DNA from: Marsupella aquatica
Lineage: Eukaryota > Plantae > Marchantiophyta
Assembly: GCA_973895155.1 (NCBI GenBank)
Contig: OZ316891.1
Location: forward strand, 16,247,137 to 16,311,136
Direction: 5' to 3'
DNA length: 64,000 nt
Below the pieces are notes generated by a model. The model was not told the origin of the DNA. It saw nothing but the letters and a program-made list of their open reading frames with translations, and did not search any database. Every line of letters starts with the position of its first letter. Within the stretch, counting starts at the first letter, position 1. Of this stretch, positions 40,269 to 51,249 are shown one piece after another. The translations under genes were made by a program, and so were the position numbers.

Positions 40269-43200
40269 TGGTTTGTGTTCCGCCGCCGGAACATACCTTA
40301 GTCGATAGCAGGATCGACCCCGGCTTAAGGGCTTCTAAGCCTTTGTGCTGTCCGCCTTCGATCCGGATTCGATGATACAGGTCCTCAACCCGTGCTCGCA
40401 ACCACTTACCCGCAGGCTGCACCCTGTGCACGTCTCGGGTAGTGCGTTCAGCCTGGCGCTGCCACCCATATACGAGAAACCCACACACATACACGCGCAT
40501 ATGCATACAATCTCGATTTACACGAAGGAAAATGATGGGAAAGGATTTTACTACAAAGGGAACATATGCGTACACTTAGTTGACCCGACAGCCCCGGAAT
40601 GAACAGGTTCAAGGCCGAGGGTGCACACTACAACGGAGCCCGGCTCCGCACTCGCCCGGCGAGCTTAGTCCTACCCCCTCCCCTTGGTACTCTTTCATTC
40701 CCAAAGGTCGGGACTCCCCGCACATACTGCGGACGCCCAACTCTGCAACTAAAACCCCCCTGCCTCTACCGAGGGGTGCACTAAATACTAAGGGACGAGG
40801 GACGGGGTGTCCTCTCGCCGAAGATTTGCTGACTAAGGTCCTAACTAAGCTGACAATCAGGCCAGAAAACGGCTGTGTCTTATTAGAAGATCCTAATCTA
40901 TGCAGGCTTGACAGCACGGCCGCGCTGCTGTACCTAAGGCAGGTGCCTGTCCCAAGAGCCTGACTAAGCCAGTCCTAATCCTAATCTATTCCTACTCCGT
41001 TGCTAATGCCTGGCACGCTTGCCAGAGCCGCCCGAATGGGAGCGACCATCCCGCTGCCTTCGAAACCTGTCATTGTCCGCCTTGAGGAGCTGGACCTGGT
41101 CCAGCAGAGATTCGTTCTCTCACTTTGCCGCGTCCGTCTCCTCTACTGCCTCCTGACAAGCCTCCTCCAGCTGCTGGGCGTCACTTGTCAATTTACCCGC
41201 CAGCTGGTCCTGCTTCTCGGCCTCGGTTTGGAGCCGCGCCACCTCGGCCTGCAGCATGGCTATCTCCGCCGTGTCCCGTTGGGCCCATTCCTCGGCCTCC
41301 TCCAGGTCTTTCTGCCAGGTGACAGTTTGATTCTTCAAACTGTCAATCTGGTTCCGAAGTCATGTAATCTCGGCCTCGTTCCCAGCTTTGGCCTGTTCGG
41401 CTAGGGCGGTAAGAGCGTGCGCCTTTGCTAACAACTCATGGGCGGCTGCAACCTTGGGTCGTAGTTGCAGAAGCTCAGCCTCTTGAGCCGCAACTTCGTT
41501 CTTTAGGTACACGGACTCCACCCGGTACCGCTCTATCCTCTGAAGGGCCTCTGACTGGGCCCGACCTGCCTTTACAGCGGCAACCAACTCCTGATTGAAG
41601 AAACAGGCTACCTTCCGGGCCATGAACTCCCCGGTATCCCAGGCAATTTGATGAGAGAAATCTCCCAGAAGACCCATTTAGAAATGTACCCGGTACGAAG
41701 AGTTCCGGGTGTCCAGGTTGTGCCTGTCCGGAGTTGGGCATGGGCAGGCATCAACACACGCGGGGGCCGGGGCAGTGACGTCCAGCCCTGGGGACGTAAC
41801 GTTGGAAGGGGCTGGAGTGTCCTCCTGCAGCAATGTCCGGTCCTCCGGAATAGCCATCGGTGGGTCTTTGGGAGACCCTGTCTCGGGTAAGACCTCCGTC
41901 GTACCGACTTCTGTACTTAGCCCGGCTTGTTGGGTCGCATCAACGGTTGCGACAACCGACCCATCCGGTACCTCTTCGGTTACGACTACAACTACTTGTG
42001 GAGGGGGGGTGGGTGAAGCTGACGTGTCCGCTGGACTTCGGGCCTCGGGTTGTGGCCGTCTCTCCAAGGCCGGGAAAACCCACCTAGCCGGGACCAGCTT
42101 TGTAACGTTGACATGGGGAAGGGTTCGTCGATCAAACCGGGCGTACCACTCAAGAAGGATCTCGATGTGGCTAGCGAAATACGCCTTCCCGCCAATGTAC
42201 AGCGTCTTCCTTTGCCGCTCCATCTCTTCATGGAACTTCTTAGCGAAGTATGACGCCCACCTCCTAGGTCGATAGTTCTCGACCTGGATAACCTGGGCGG
42301 CGGAGATCTCCCCCCGGGGTTCCATCATGTGGAGGGCGTACCTTTGGAACTCCAGTCGCTCAGCTACCTCGGGGATGAGGCAGGTCTTCATCACGAACCC
42401 GTTGTCCACTGCTCCCTCTGAGGGAAAACTTGAAGATTGGTACTTGGCTCCCTTGCCCCCGGGAGCCCGTGATTCGACTCGATGGTCACCTTCGGGTAAC
42501 CCGAAGATCATCCTGAGCCGTTCTTCCGTGAGGGACATACTCCTTCCCCGCAGCCGAGTATGTTGACGCGCGTCGTCATAATTCCTGACGAACTCCGTGA
42601 TGTCCTCCCCGTAGTACCTGCAAGTGTTCCAGGGGAAGGAGGCGAGGTGCTCGAATCCCTGAGTCTTCAGGTACACCGCATGCTTGGGATGGAGGATGTT
42701 TTTGTGAACATTTTCCCCCATGCGGTGCATCGTCACCTTGGCCACGGCTACCGTGGCCAACGGTAACCCGGATGCAGTGGCGGATTCCTTCCTCTTCTTG
42801 CCCCGTGACTGGCTCGGGGAAGGTGACACCTCCCCATCCTCCCGATCGGGCCTGGGTAGTGCCACTGCCGTTAGTAACGGGCCCGGGTCGGCCACGGTCA
42901 CCATGTTGTCTGCCGGGGCCGCTCCTGGGGTCAGAGCAGGGGGTGGGGACGATATAGTGTCGGCCCCCTGAGCGCTTGTTCCTCTGGGCTGCCTGGTCAA
43001 GGGTAGGGTAGCCTCATCATCATCGCTAAGATCCACAACGTTGATGACGGAGCGTACTTGTGCTGGCTGGGCGATCGGTGGTGGGGTTTGGCTAGGCTGC
43101 GGCTGAGGCTGAAGCTGAGCCTGAGGTTGTATGGGTATGGGTACGGGTAAGACTGAGTTGGTCATGTTGGTTGTTGGCCGAGTTCCGATGAAGCTCTATA

Positions 43201-44099
43201 GGTGCTGGTAGAAGTTCTCCGAAGCGAGTGCAGACGACCTTGTCGAACGGGTAGTGCTGGACTCGCTGTTGATGATAGCCCGAACCTGAGCAGGGATGTG
43301 GTCAAAGTGATGTCGTTGCAAGTCGATCATACCCGGGATATTGAAGACCTCATCCGGAAGCCGAAGCAATGCTTCCCAGAACCCGATATATTTGTCTCCG
43401 TTGAAGAAGTACCCGGATACCTCTGCTGGTTGATAAAGCTCACTCTGAGACGGGTAGTCAAAGCTAAGGATGTAGTGGTGTCGTCCTGCTAGGCGGATGG
43501 CTCTCTCATACTCGCGTTCGATCTCGTATCGGCGCGGGTTGGCGTGTTTCAATGAGTCGGCCAAGTGCCTTCCGGTAGATAGGAATTGCGTCCAGAATCG
43601 AATGGCCGAGCTGGAGAGGATCGTGTGCGACATTCAGAAGAGATAGTAGTGGCGACTTAGAGCGAACAAGAGAGCTAGGGTTGAAGCTGGCGCATGGACT
43701 GATGGATTGGTGCACTACAAAGGGTTGGCTCCCCTTTTATACCTTGAGGCTTGTCGATCCCCCGACGTCTCCTCGACGCCCATAGGCTGAACCGCTCACG
43801 CTTGTGGTGTGCCGGCCACTCCGCCGGTCTGAGTCAGCGCGTGTCAGTGGCCGCTTCCTTAAGTTCGTTATACGGACCCGAGGGAGGGGCCCCTCCACGC
43901 TCGTAACCCGGGTGTGCGAATAGCGACCAGCCGCCAGTCCGAACCTGAATTCCCCCTTATTGCCTAATGATATCCTACCCATAATGATTACCTAAATACT
44001 GTCGTTATGCTAATAATAGTGGCCTAAGACACTCCTAACGCGCATGCCGAGTGCAATTAGACCAAATCACTCATTAACCGCTGTACCGACGGCATCACA
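40269..44099 (-). mobile_element. LTR-like unit family A, copy 2, followed by a short leader (about 39675-40268)
   Basis: Reverse complement of 4124-7950; continues past AAACCA into TACCTAGGAGGTGTCCG. Confidence 0.8.
41003..43633 (-). pseudogene. Unit-A accessory protein, copy 2
   Basis: ORFs 43196-43633, 41678-43165, 41360-41677 and 41120-41338, with lesions mostly different from copy 1. Confidence 0.65.
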
Positions 44100-44579
44100 T
44101 TCTTGCCAGCTTGCTAATTGTTATGCGGTATCAATAGCTACTCCTTGCATACAGCAACCTAGTTACTCAGATTATAGAATAAGGACCATGTCATCGGCGT
44201 CACACCTATTCTATAGCTATTGTTTTTACTAGCGCCGGGCGTTGCCATGACAATCATCCAAATTATCTACTTCAAGGGAAGTTGTTTATAATAGCGCCCG
44301 ACGCTAGTGTTCCGAGTGAGGGAGGAAAATGGTCATAACGGTAACATTTAACGGTAACTTCTGAGTTCCGTGTGTGTTACACTTCTTCTACCGCTTGATT
44401 TAGCTAATTAAGTTCTCAGGATACATACGTTGGAATCCGCCAAACTTACAAGCTTCTCGCTTTAATCGAAGAGTTCCGCTGAACTCCACCCTCCTTCTAG
44501 AATATATTACACATTGAGAGTTGATTAGAGTTCCATAATTTCATTGTACGATAGTTCGTACGCTTCTAGAAGGAAGACG

Positions 44580-47500
44580 ATGGAGGTATTCTCCTCTTCA
44601 TCCAGAGGGTATAGTGTTGTTCCTGACCAAGAGCGAGCTTATTCTGAATCCTTGCAGTCTTTGTTTACTGGTTCAGTTTATACACGTCGTGTAACTCGTT
44701 CCACAAAGTTGCTGCCTCCTACTTCTGTTAGCGTTGTTTTGGTTCCTAAATCTCTGTGTAGAAAGATGGAAAACCTTGACACGATTGCGATCCAAGATGT
44801 TTCGGACTGCGCACTCGCAGAGACTGATCTCATCTCAAAACATGTCATGTGTTTTGGAAAGGATTCTCGTGGATTTGACAAGGAGCCGCCTCGAATCCCT
44901 CTATGCCGATTGGTTCATATGGAGGTGGTTCGTACTTTGCAGAAAGATAGCTCTTCCATCGAGAAGCTGAAAGACTCGTTTTGCAGTATGGGTTACAATT
45001 CATCCATAGGAATGCGTTTCTATGTGCAGCCAACGGATGAGAATGGAATTGTTCTGACCTATACCCAGGAAATTTGTGAGTCATGGGATCCAATTTGGCA
45101 ATTGGAGAACGAGAAGTTTAAGGCTGAATGCGAGGCCGATCCAGATTTTCTTGTGTTGAAGGATAAGATGTTCTCTATCTTCGATGGAAATCACAGGCTG
45201 TACTCATGGACGCTTGTTACCAAGGAGAACCCTGACAATCCAAAATACCATCCTCGAGTGCTCTGCACAATATTTAAGGGAGACAAGGGATCTCTTATTG
45301 AAATTGAGGCAGCTATGCACACCGTGAATCAGTAAGTTCTCGTTCTTTTTCGGTACCTTCTTTGAATCTTGCGAGTGTTCTATTTAAGAGCGCTCGGTGC
45401 TGGTTATAGATAAATTGTACTTTGACTCTAACTCGCTGCATCTCTTCATGTAGGCTTGGCCAAGCAGTTGTTGAGCCATCCTGGATTCTCGATGCAGATA
45501 GAATTAAACAAATTCTGGCGCATGACCTTGAGTATTATAGTAAACTGATTGACCCAGCTAATTTCAAGAAGTTTAAGAGCATTTGGCTAAAGACTCGGAA
45601 GGGGTCATGGTATACAAAGAAGATGCCACAGGAAGCTCTTGTTTACATTCTATGTGAGAATAAGATAAAGTCCTATTCTCACCAATTCAAGCTTGACATG
45701 GAGGCAGCCGAGGCTCAAGGGAGTCCCTAGTAGGTGGACGAGATTTCCAAACGCCATGCGGCCATGATGAAGGACGCAACCAAAGACTGGGCAGTGAAGT
45801 CATCAAAAATTACGCCCTTGTTAAGTCCTGAATTTGAAGATTTTCTTAGTACATGTGCAGAAATGTATGTTGTCACAGAGAGAAACAAGAGAGAGAAGAA
45901 GCCTGACGCCGTCGTATGTACAATGGACCGCGCCCAATTGTTCACTGCTGTTTCTGCCCTAGACCCAAAGTTGCGGAGCATCCTACTTGTGGCACATTGC
46001 AATCCTGAGCTGCGGAGACAGTTTTTCCACCCGACAAGTGTTAACGATGACCCAGTCAAACAATGGTGTCATACTTGGATCACTTGGAATAGTGTAGAGG
46101 GAATTGCTGTCGGCATGTTACATTCATGTCTGCGTGAAGTAGAGCAAACTATGCCCGCCACTAGATTGGAAGAGTGGAAATGTGGTTCGTTTGATGATCT
46201 CGTTCAGTTTGTTACAAATAATTCAAGAGATATGGTGATTCTGTGAAGAGTAAGTTCTTTCACACTATGTGGCCTTCAAAGTATCCAGACAAAGAAGACT
46301 ATACCCAGAAAAACCAGAAGCGGGCTAAAAGGTATCTTTACAGGTTCTACATGCACATGGAGGTAACCAAACCTGATTACTTCTGGGCATATCCTGCAGC
46401 TTTCATGAAGTGGATTACAATAAGTGAGGATGACGCCATAGCTGATTTGTACTCCATGTACCCAGCGGAGGGCATATTTCCTCCAAGACTACGACAGAAT
46501 GGGAGAGAACTCACTGCCCCTGGTATCTAGATACAGATAGATGGGATTCTCCTTTTGATCAAAGGGAGAAAGATGCATTCCATAAGCTTTCAAAGTCCCA
46601 CATACCAGCAAAAATTGTGTCCGACATGAAGCAGGGCCTGCTAGACGATGTAGACAAGTCTGCCACTGACTTGCAAAGTATTTATGAAACGACTATTGTT
46701 CATGTGGACCGAAGTCGCAAACCTCAAGCGAAAGCAAAAGCGGAGTTAGCAGCACCAAGCGAGTCAATGAAATCTGGGAGGAAAAGTGAGTATAGTGTTC
46801 CCTAGTATGGCCAGCACTTGGCGCTGGCTTGAACTATCATGCGAATTCACATTTCTTTCTACATTCTTAGGCCTTTGTTGTAACCTAAGTGATTTGCATT
46901 TGGTTAGCGCCTGGCGCTAGCTTGTTTGAATACTCAGGATTTACTTGTTCTAACTAGGACCTATTGGTAATTTAGGAGGGAGGAAGTCTAATACTGCGGG
47001 AACAGGAGATACTAAAGTGGATGCTACACCTGAAGTTTCTGAGGCAAACACCGGAGCTCGATCGGACCCCATTACTCCTGTCGACAAGGGGAAGGTAATA
47101 GTTCCGGTTGACGCCACAAGTACCAAGAAGAAACGAAAGAGAGCTATCGAAGGTGGACCTTCTTCAAGGGAGAGTGTTGCAGCATCTGGTGTCCAAGGTG
47201 AATTTGGAAACTTCAAAACTAGAGTGTCTCGTCATGCCATGGTTGAGACAAGCATATCCGAATTTTTTGACTCGACTTTCAACAAGGGGGAAAAACCTGA
47301 ATGGGTTAGTAATGTGGAGAAGTGGGGGAAGGATCTCGTTAAGTCGGGATATAAAGAGAAGGGTGTTGTGTGGGGAGGAAAAGAAAGATTGTTTGGAGTG
47401 GATGCGGGTTTCATTTACCTACCAACCGGGTTCAAACCAACGATCATAGATAAGAAGGTTCCTAAATGGAACACTCCAAATCACTCCATGGCTAGATCTT

Positions 47501-48761
47501 TTTTCAAGTCCATGGATCCATTTCTATCAGATGATGGATTCTTTGCAATTCTACACAATGGGGAGTATGATCCCATGTCTCAAGTCATTGCTGCTTGTCA
47601 GGAATCGAGAAAATTTCAGTGCATATGCACGCATAATGTTGTAATGTATGTCCCGATGTACGCGGCAAAGACAGACCGTCAGGTAATCATGTACTCTTAA
47701 CTATGTCGCATTTTGAAATATAACTCGTTTAACCTGGAGTTGCCAACTGACACTTGGGATTGCTTTCCGCAGATGTTTACCCTCAGGCTGGACATATTTG
47801 GTCGAATTAATGGGAAATGCAAAATTCCCAAAGACCCTAAATTCCGTCCACTCTCCATCAGTGAGGACCCCTCGGTCACCAATTTGATCGGACTCCCTTC
47901 TCTCAAATCCGATCCATTCCCGCAAATGGAGTTTTCTGGAAATGCTCGCCTGTCTGTTGGGTTTATGCAATCTGTCATTGAGCTTGTCACCCGACCTCGT
48001 GATATTTTTATGGATTGGACTGCTGGGGCTGGAAGCTCCTTCATTGCTGGAGACTTCTCCGGGAGGTTTGTGCTCGGGATAGAACATAGAAAAGAATTTA
48101 TTGAAACCACTTCGAAGGTTTTCATGGATTTGTTATCTCCCAAAGAGATTGCGGTTTTACCTCCACCTATTCCTATTGTCGACAGAAAGAAGCGAGATAA
48201 GCTTCGGTCGGTACTCAATTTTGATTCTGATGATGAGTCCAGTGAAGGTGGAGATGGAGAGGAACAAGGTACAGGGGACTCGGAGGAGGAAAAGGAAGAA
48301 CCTCGTCGATCTCCTGATGAAACCGATAGTGATGACTCTTCCGAGTAATGTTCATAAACTCGTAAGCTTCTTTCTCCATTCCCATCAATTTATAACATTG
48401 ATGTGTTGTTTTAGAGAAAGGCACCTAACTTCTTGGATTTTGTTTGATCAGGTCAGAGTGGAATGCGAGGAGACGTTTGAAACTGCGAAGGAGGGTTGCT
48501 AGACACAACATAGAAACACCAGACAAACCTTTTGTTCTTCCCTCCTATGCAGAGAAAGCCGCAAGGAAAGCTGAGAGTACAAGGACGCTTTGCTGGGAAA
48601 ACAAAGGTCTTCGGTTACAAAGGGGTGTTGACAGGAAGTTCATTAAACATCCTTATGTTGATGACTTCTCCCGCAGCCAGTACGTAGATGACGAGGCTGT
48701 GTCCACGGACAAATCCGAGAGTACAGATTCTGGTTCCGAATCAGAGTTTGTAGAATTGTGA
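44580..48761 (+). pseudogene. Spliced gene: ParB/Srx-like N-terminal domain and beta-class N4C/N6A DNA-methyltransferase-like C-terminal domain
   Basis: IPLCRL..VR..IEKLKDSF..GY and FSIFDGNHRL (ParB-type GxxR); VDAGFIYLPTG..W..FFKSMDPFLSDDGFFAILH; FMQSVIELVTRPRDIFMDWTAGAGSSFIAGDFSGRFVLGIE (motifs X-I-II). Predicted introns 45332-45453, 46786-46957, 47683-47772, 48345-48451. Stops at 45728 and 46528, frameshift near 46243. Confidence 0.75.
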
Positions 48762-48916
48762 CACGTATTGAGGAATTTAGGGAGTAATTTTTTACCAGCG
48801 CTTGGTGCTAGTACCAACTTGTATTCAAATCCTCTCATTGAGTCCTTATAAATTAATGTCTGATTCCTTGTGTTTTTTACAACGGGACACGCTTCCCACG
48901 CCAATCACCTGCTGTT

Positions 48917-50363
48917 CCTCCTTCAAGATCTTCTTCAGTTGGTTGAGGAGGTACCCGTTGTAATCCCGGCTTGGGTCTGGCCTTTCTGCCAGGTAGACCT
49001 GAGCCTTGCCGATCTTTGCCCTCGGCAAGTTACAATGCATGGTCACCCGCAAGAAATCGATCATCTCTCCGATGTGCGGGTTGGTGCAGGTGTTCCGGAA
49101 GAAGCCATTCTTCATTGATGGTCCTAGGAATGACCGGAACTCCTTGTCAGGTAAGGTCTTCCTGGTATCAACCTTGGTCTTATTACCCATCGGCAAGCCA
49201 AACACCTCGGCAATCACCTAGGGAGTGAGATAGAAATCCTTCCCATACACCCTCGTGGAACTGGTCTCGGGTTCCCATGATCCTGTGAATTCTAATAAGT
49301 CTGAGTTCGGCACCTCCGGCTTCAGCCATGATAATCTTACGAAGGCTTCCAAGCCGGATCCGGCCATGAAGCCCTGGTACTTCTTTATCTGCATGGCCGT
49401 AAAGCATGCATCCTCCTCCCGTGCAAAATGTAATTGCACTTCCTCTGGTAGGATCGCCGCCCAGCCTTTCCAGGTGTCATCCTTTGTTGGAATGGCATTG
49501 ATGGGATCAACCTCCTCCTCTTCGGCTTCTCCCTGCCTCCTGTTCTGCTGCTCTGCTGGCTTCCTTGGTGCCGCCGACCTCGTTCGTTTTGCCGGGGTGG
49601 CCTCTTCGTTGTTGTTTCCTTTCCTCTTCATCTCGGCTGCCATGGATGTTTCTCCTAGCACAGTTGCCTTTGTCCACCCCTCCGTGCTACCCTTCAACTC
49701 CCAGTGCGCGTCGTTGCAGCAGTTGATGGCTTCCCAAATGCCGACGATTCTGTCTTCGCAAAACAGAAGGTCATCGAGCTGATTGGCAGTAGGAGTCCAC
49801 AAGAACTCAGCCTTGATGAGTTCTCCTCCTAAGAAGGCGGACTTCTGCAACTCCCACAGTCGAGCGAGCTCCTGCTATTCTCGAGCTGCTCTCTCCGATT
49901 CTTCGTCCTCGTACGTAAGTCCTAATGTACTTAGTTGCCCGTTCAAACAGGCATCCCCAAAAATGTGCCGCTTGATTGACGTTGCTCATACCCTCCTTGA
50001 CTCGATCGTTGGTATTTGCTCCCGCCCTGAGTGCTTGCTTAAGCAGCTGACAGTAGTTGGCCTTCCATAGTCGTCTGCCCAGTTTGTGCTTGCAAATGAG
50101 CCACCATTCCTCGCGAGCGGTCCTTACCCCTCTCCTCCTCTGGTCTTTCCTCCCGTTGGTTACCTAACCACCGATGCTTAGCGCGCCCTAACCCTAATCG
50201 TGTTTTCTCCCCCGATGTCCTTACCTCCGGCCACGGCCCGGGTTCCATAGTCACCCTTAATTGTTTATATTTTCCTTGTTTTTGTTACTATACTAATGTG
50301 TTTATAGGGTACACCTCCATTTCCCCACTTAACTGGCCTAGTGATTCCTGGCTAGGCATCACA
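48917..50363 (-). mobile_element. LTR-like unit family B, 5' half, with N-terminal part of accessory ORF
   Basis: Starts TGTGATGCCTAGCC on minus. Encodes GLEAFVRLSW..DLLEFTGSWEPETSSTRVYGKDFYLTP*VIAEVFGLP, which aligns with the unit-A domain. Confidence 0.75.
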
Positions 50364-51249
50364 CACCAGTTGAGGTGTTGACTTATCAAGGAACTGAGTT
50401 CCGTGGAGAGTTTGAGAGTTTGTGCAAGCAAGCTCTAATTGATCATTGTACTACTTCTAGTGACCATCCTGAGGCAGATGGATTGGCTGAGAGAGTAGTG
50501 CAAACTATAAAGAGAGGATTGTGCAAGTATGGCTTGCAGGTTGGTCATCTAGGAGATTGAGATCTCCAATTACCTTGGTTAGCTATGGGCTACTGTTTTA
50601 GTCGGCAAGCATCACTTGCATCCTTCTCACCTTATTTCTTGCTCTATGGTTGAGAGCCAGATTTGCTAACAGCTATTTGTCATGATACTGCATTGGTTGT
50701 GAACTTGGATAATCCTGATGTTTGGGTCAAGGTTTTTTCAGAGAGGGCAAGGATTCTTGAGAGAGTCATGCCCATGGATGGCCTTTGACAACCTTGCCAT
50801 TACCCAACATCGTGATACTTTGCGGTATGCCACTATTCGTGGAGGAGGTTATCATGTGAGGATTCAACGATTTCATCCTAGTGATTATGTTTATTTGCAG
50901 CGGACAACACCAACTACACTTGATGTGACCGTAGGTTGGACCATTTTACATGTGCGTGAAGTGTTGCATTCTGGTGTCCTGATGTTGGAAGGGCATGATG
51001 GTATGGTTTGGAAGGATCATGTGCGCAACTGTGCGCCATGCCATCTAGCTTCCAAACATTGATGGTACGGTGGATCCAAGCTTAGCACATGTTTGTGCTA
51101 GTTTGAAGTGTATGTTGTGTGGATCTACTCAGGGAGAAACTACGTACTATGTTCATTGTGATAAGTGTTCTAGAGGATGACACATGTTGTGTTTGACACC
51201 ACCATTGCAAGTGATTCCTAGTGGATCATGGTTGTGTCCTGAGTGTTGA
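50364..51249 (+). pseudogene. Gypsy integrase C-terminal part ending in a PHD finger
   Basis: QGTEFRGEF, DHPEADGLAERVVQTIK, FSPYFLLYG, then CMLC..[30 protein letters not shown] at 51109-51246. Confidence 0.85.

Larger units (their letters stand above)
32348..48916. mobile_element. Large Mutator-like element (right end missing) with transposase and divergent accessory gene
   Basis: Starts GGGTATGATAGCCATGACAGAAAACAG with CTGTTACCAG repeats, resembling the ends of the TSD-defined elements 20969-21307 and 51609-61962. The shared palindrome runs through both genes. Confidence 0.75.

Noticed and set aside
40263-40292. Helitron 3' end (hairpin followed by CTAG) for unit A
   Set aside because: CTAG occurs only in A2 (B has CTAA, C has CTAT), the units start TG rather than TC, A1 ends before it, and no Rep/helicase is present.
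44544-48761. Bacterial or plasmid contamination as source of the ParB/methylase-like gene
   Set aside because: The gene has four plausible GT-AG introns and is interleaved with plant retroelements.
48846-48916. C-terminal extension of the B2 ORF (QQVIGVGSV...)
   Set aside because: Read-through across the deletion junction at 48917; copy B1 shows the real continuation.
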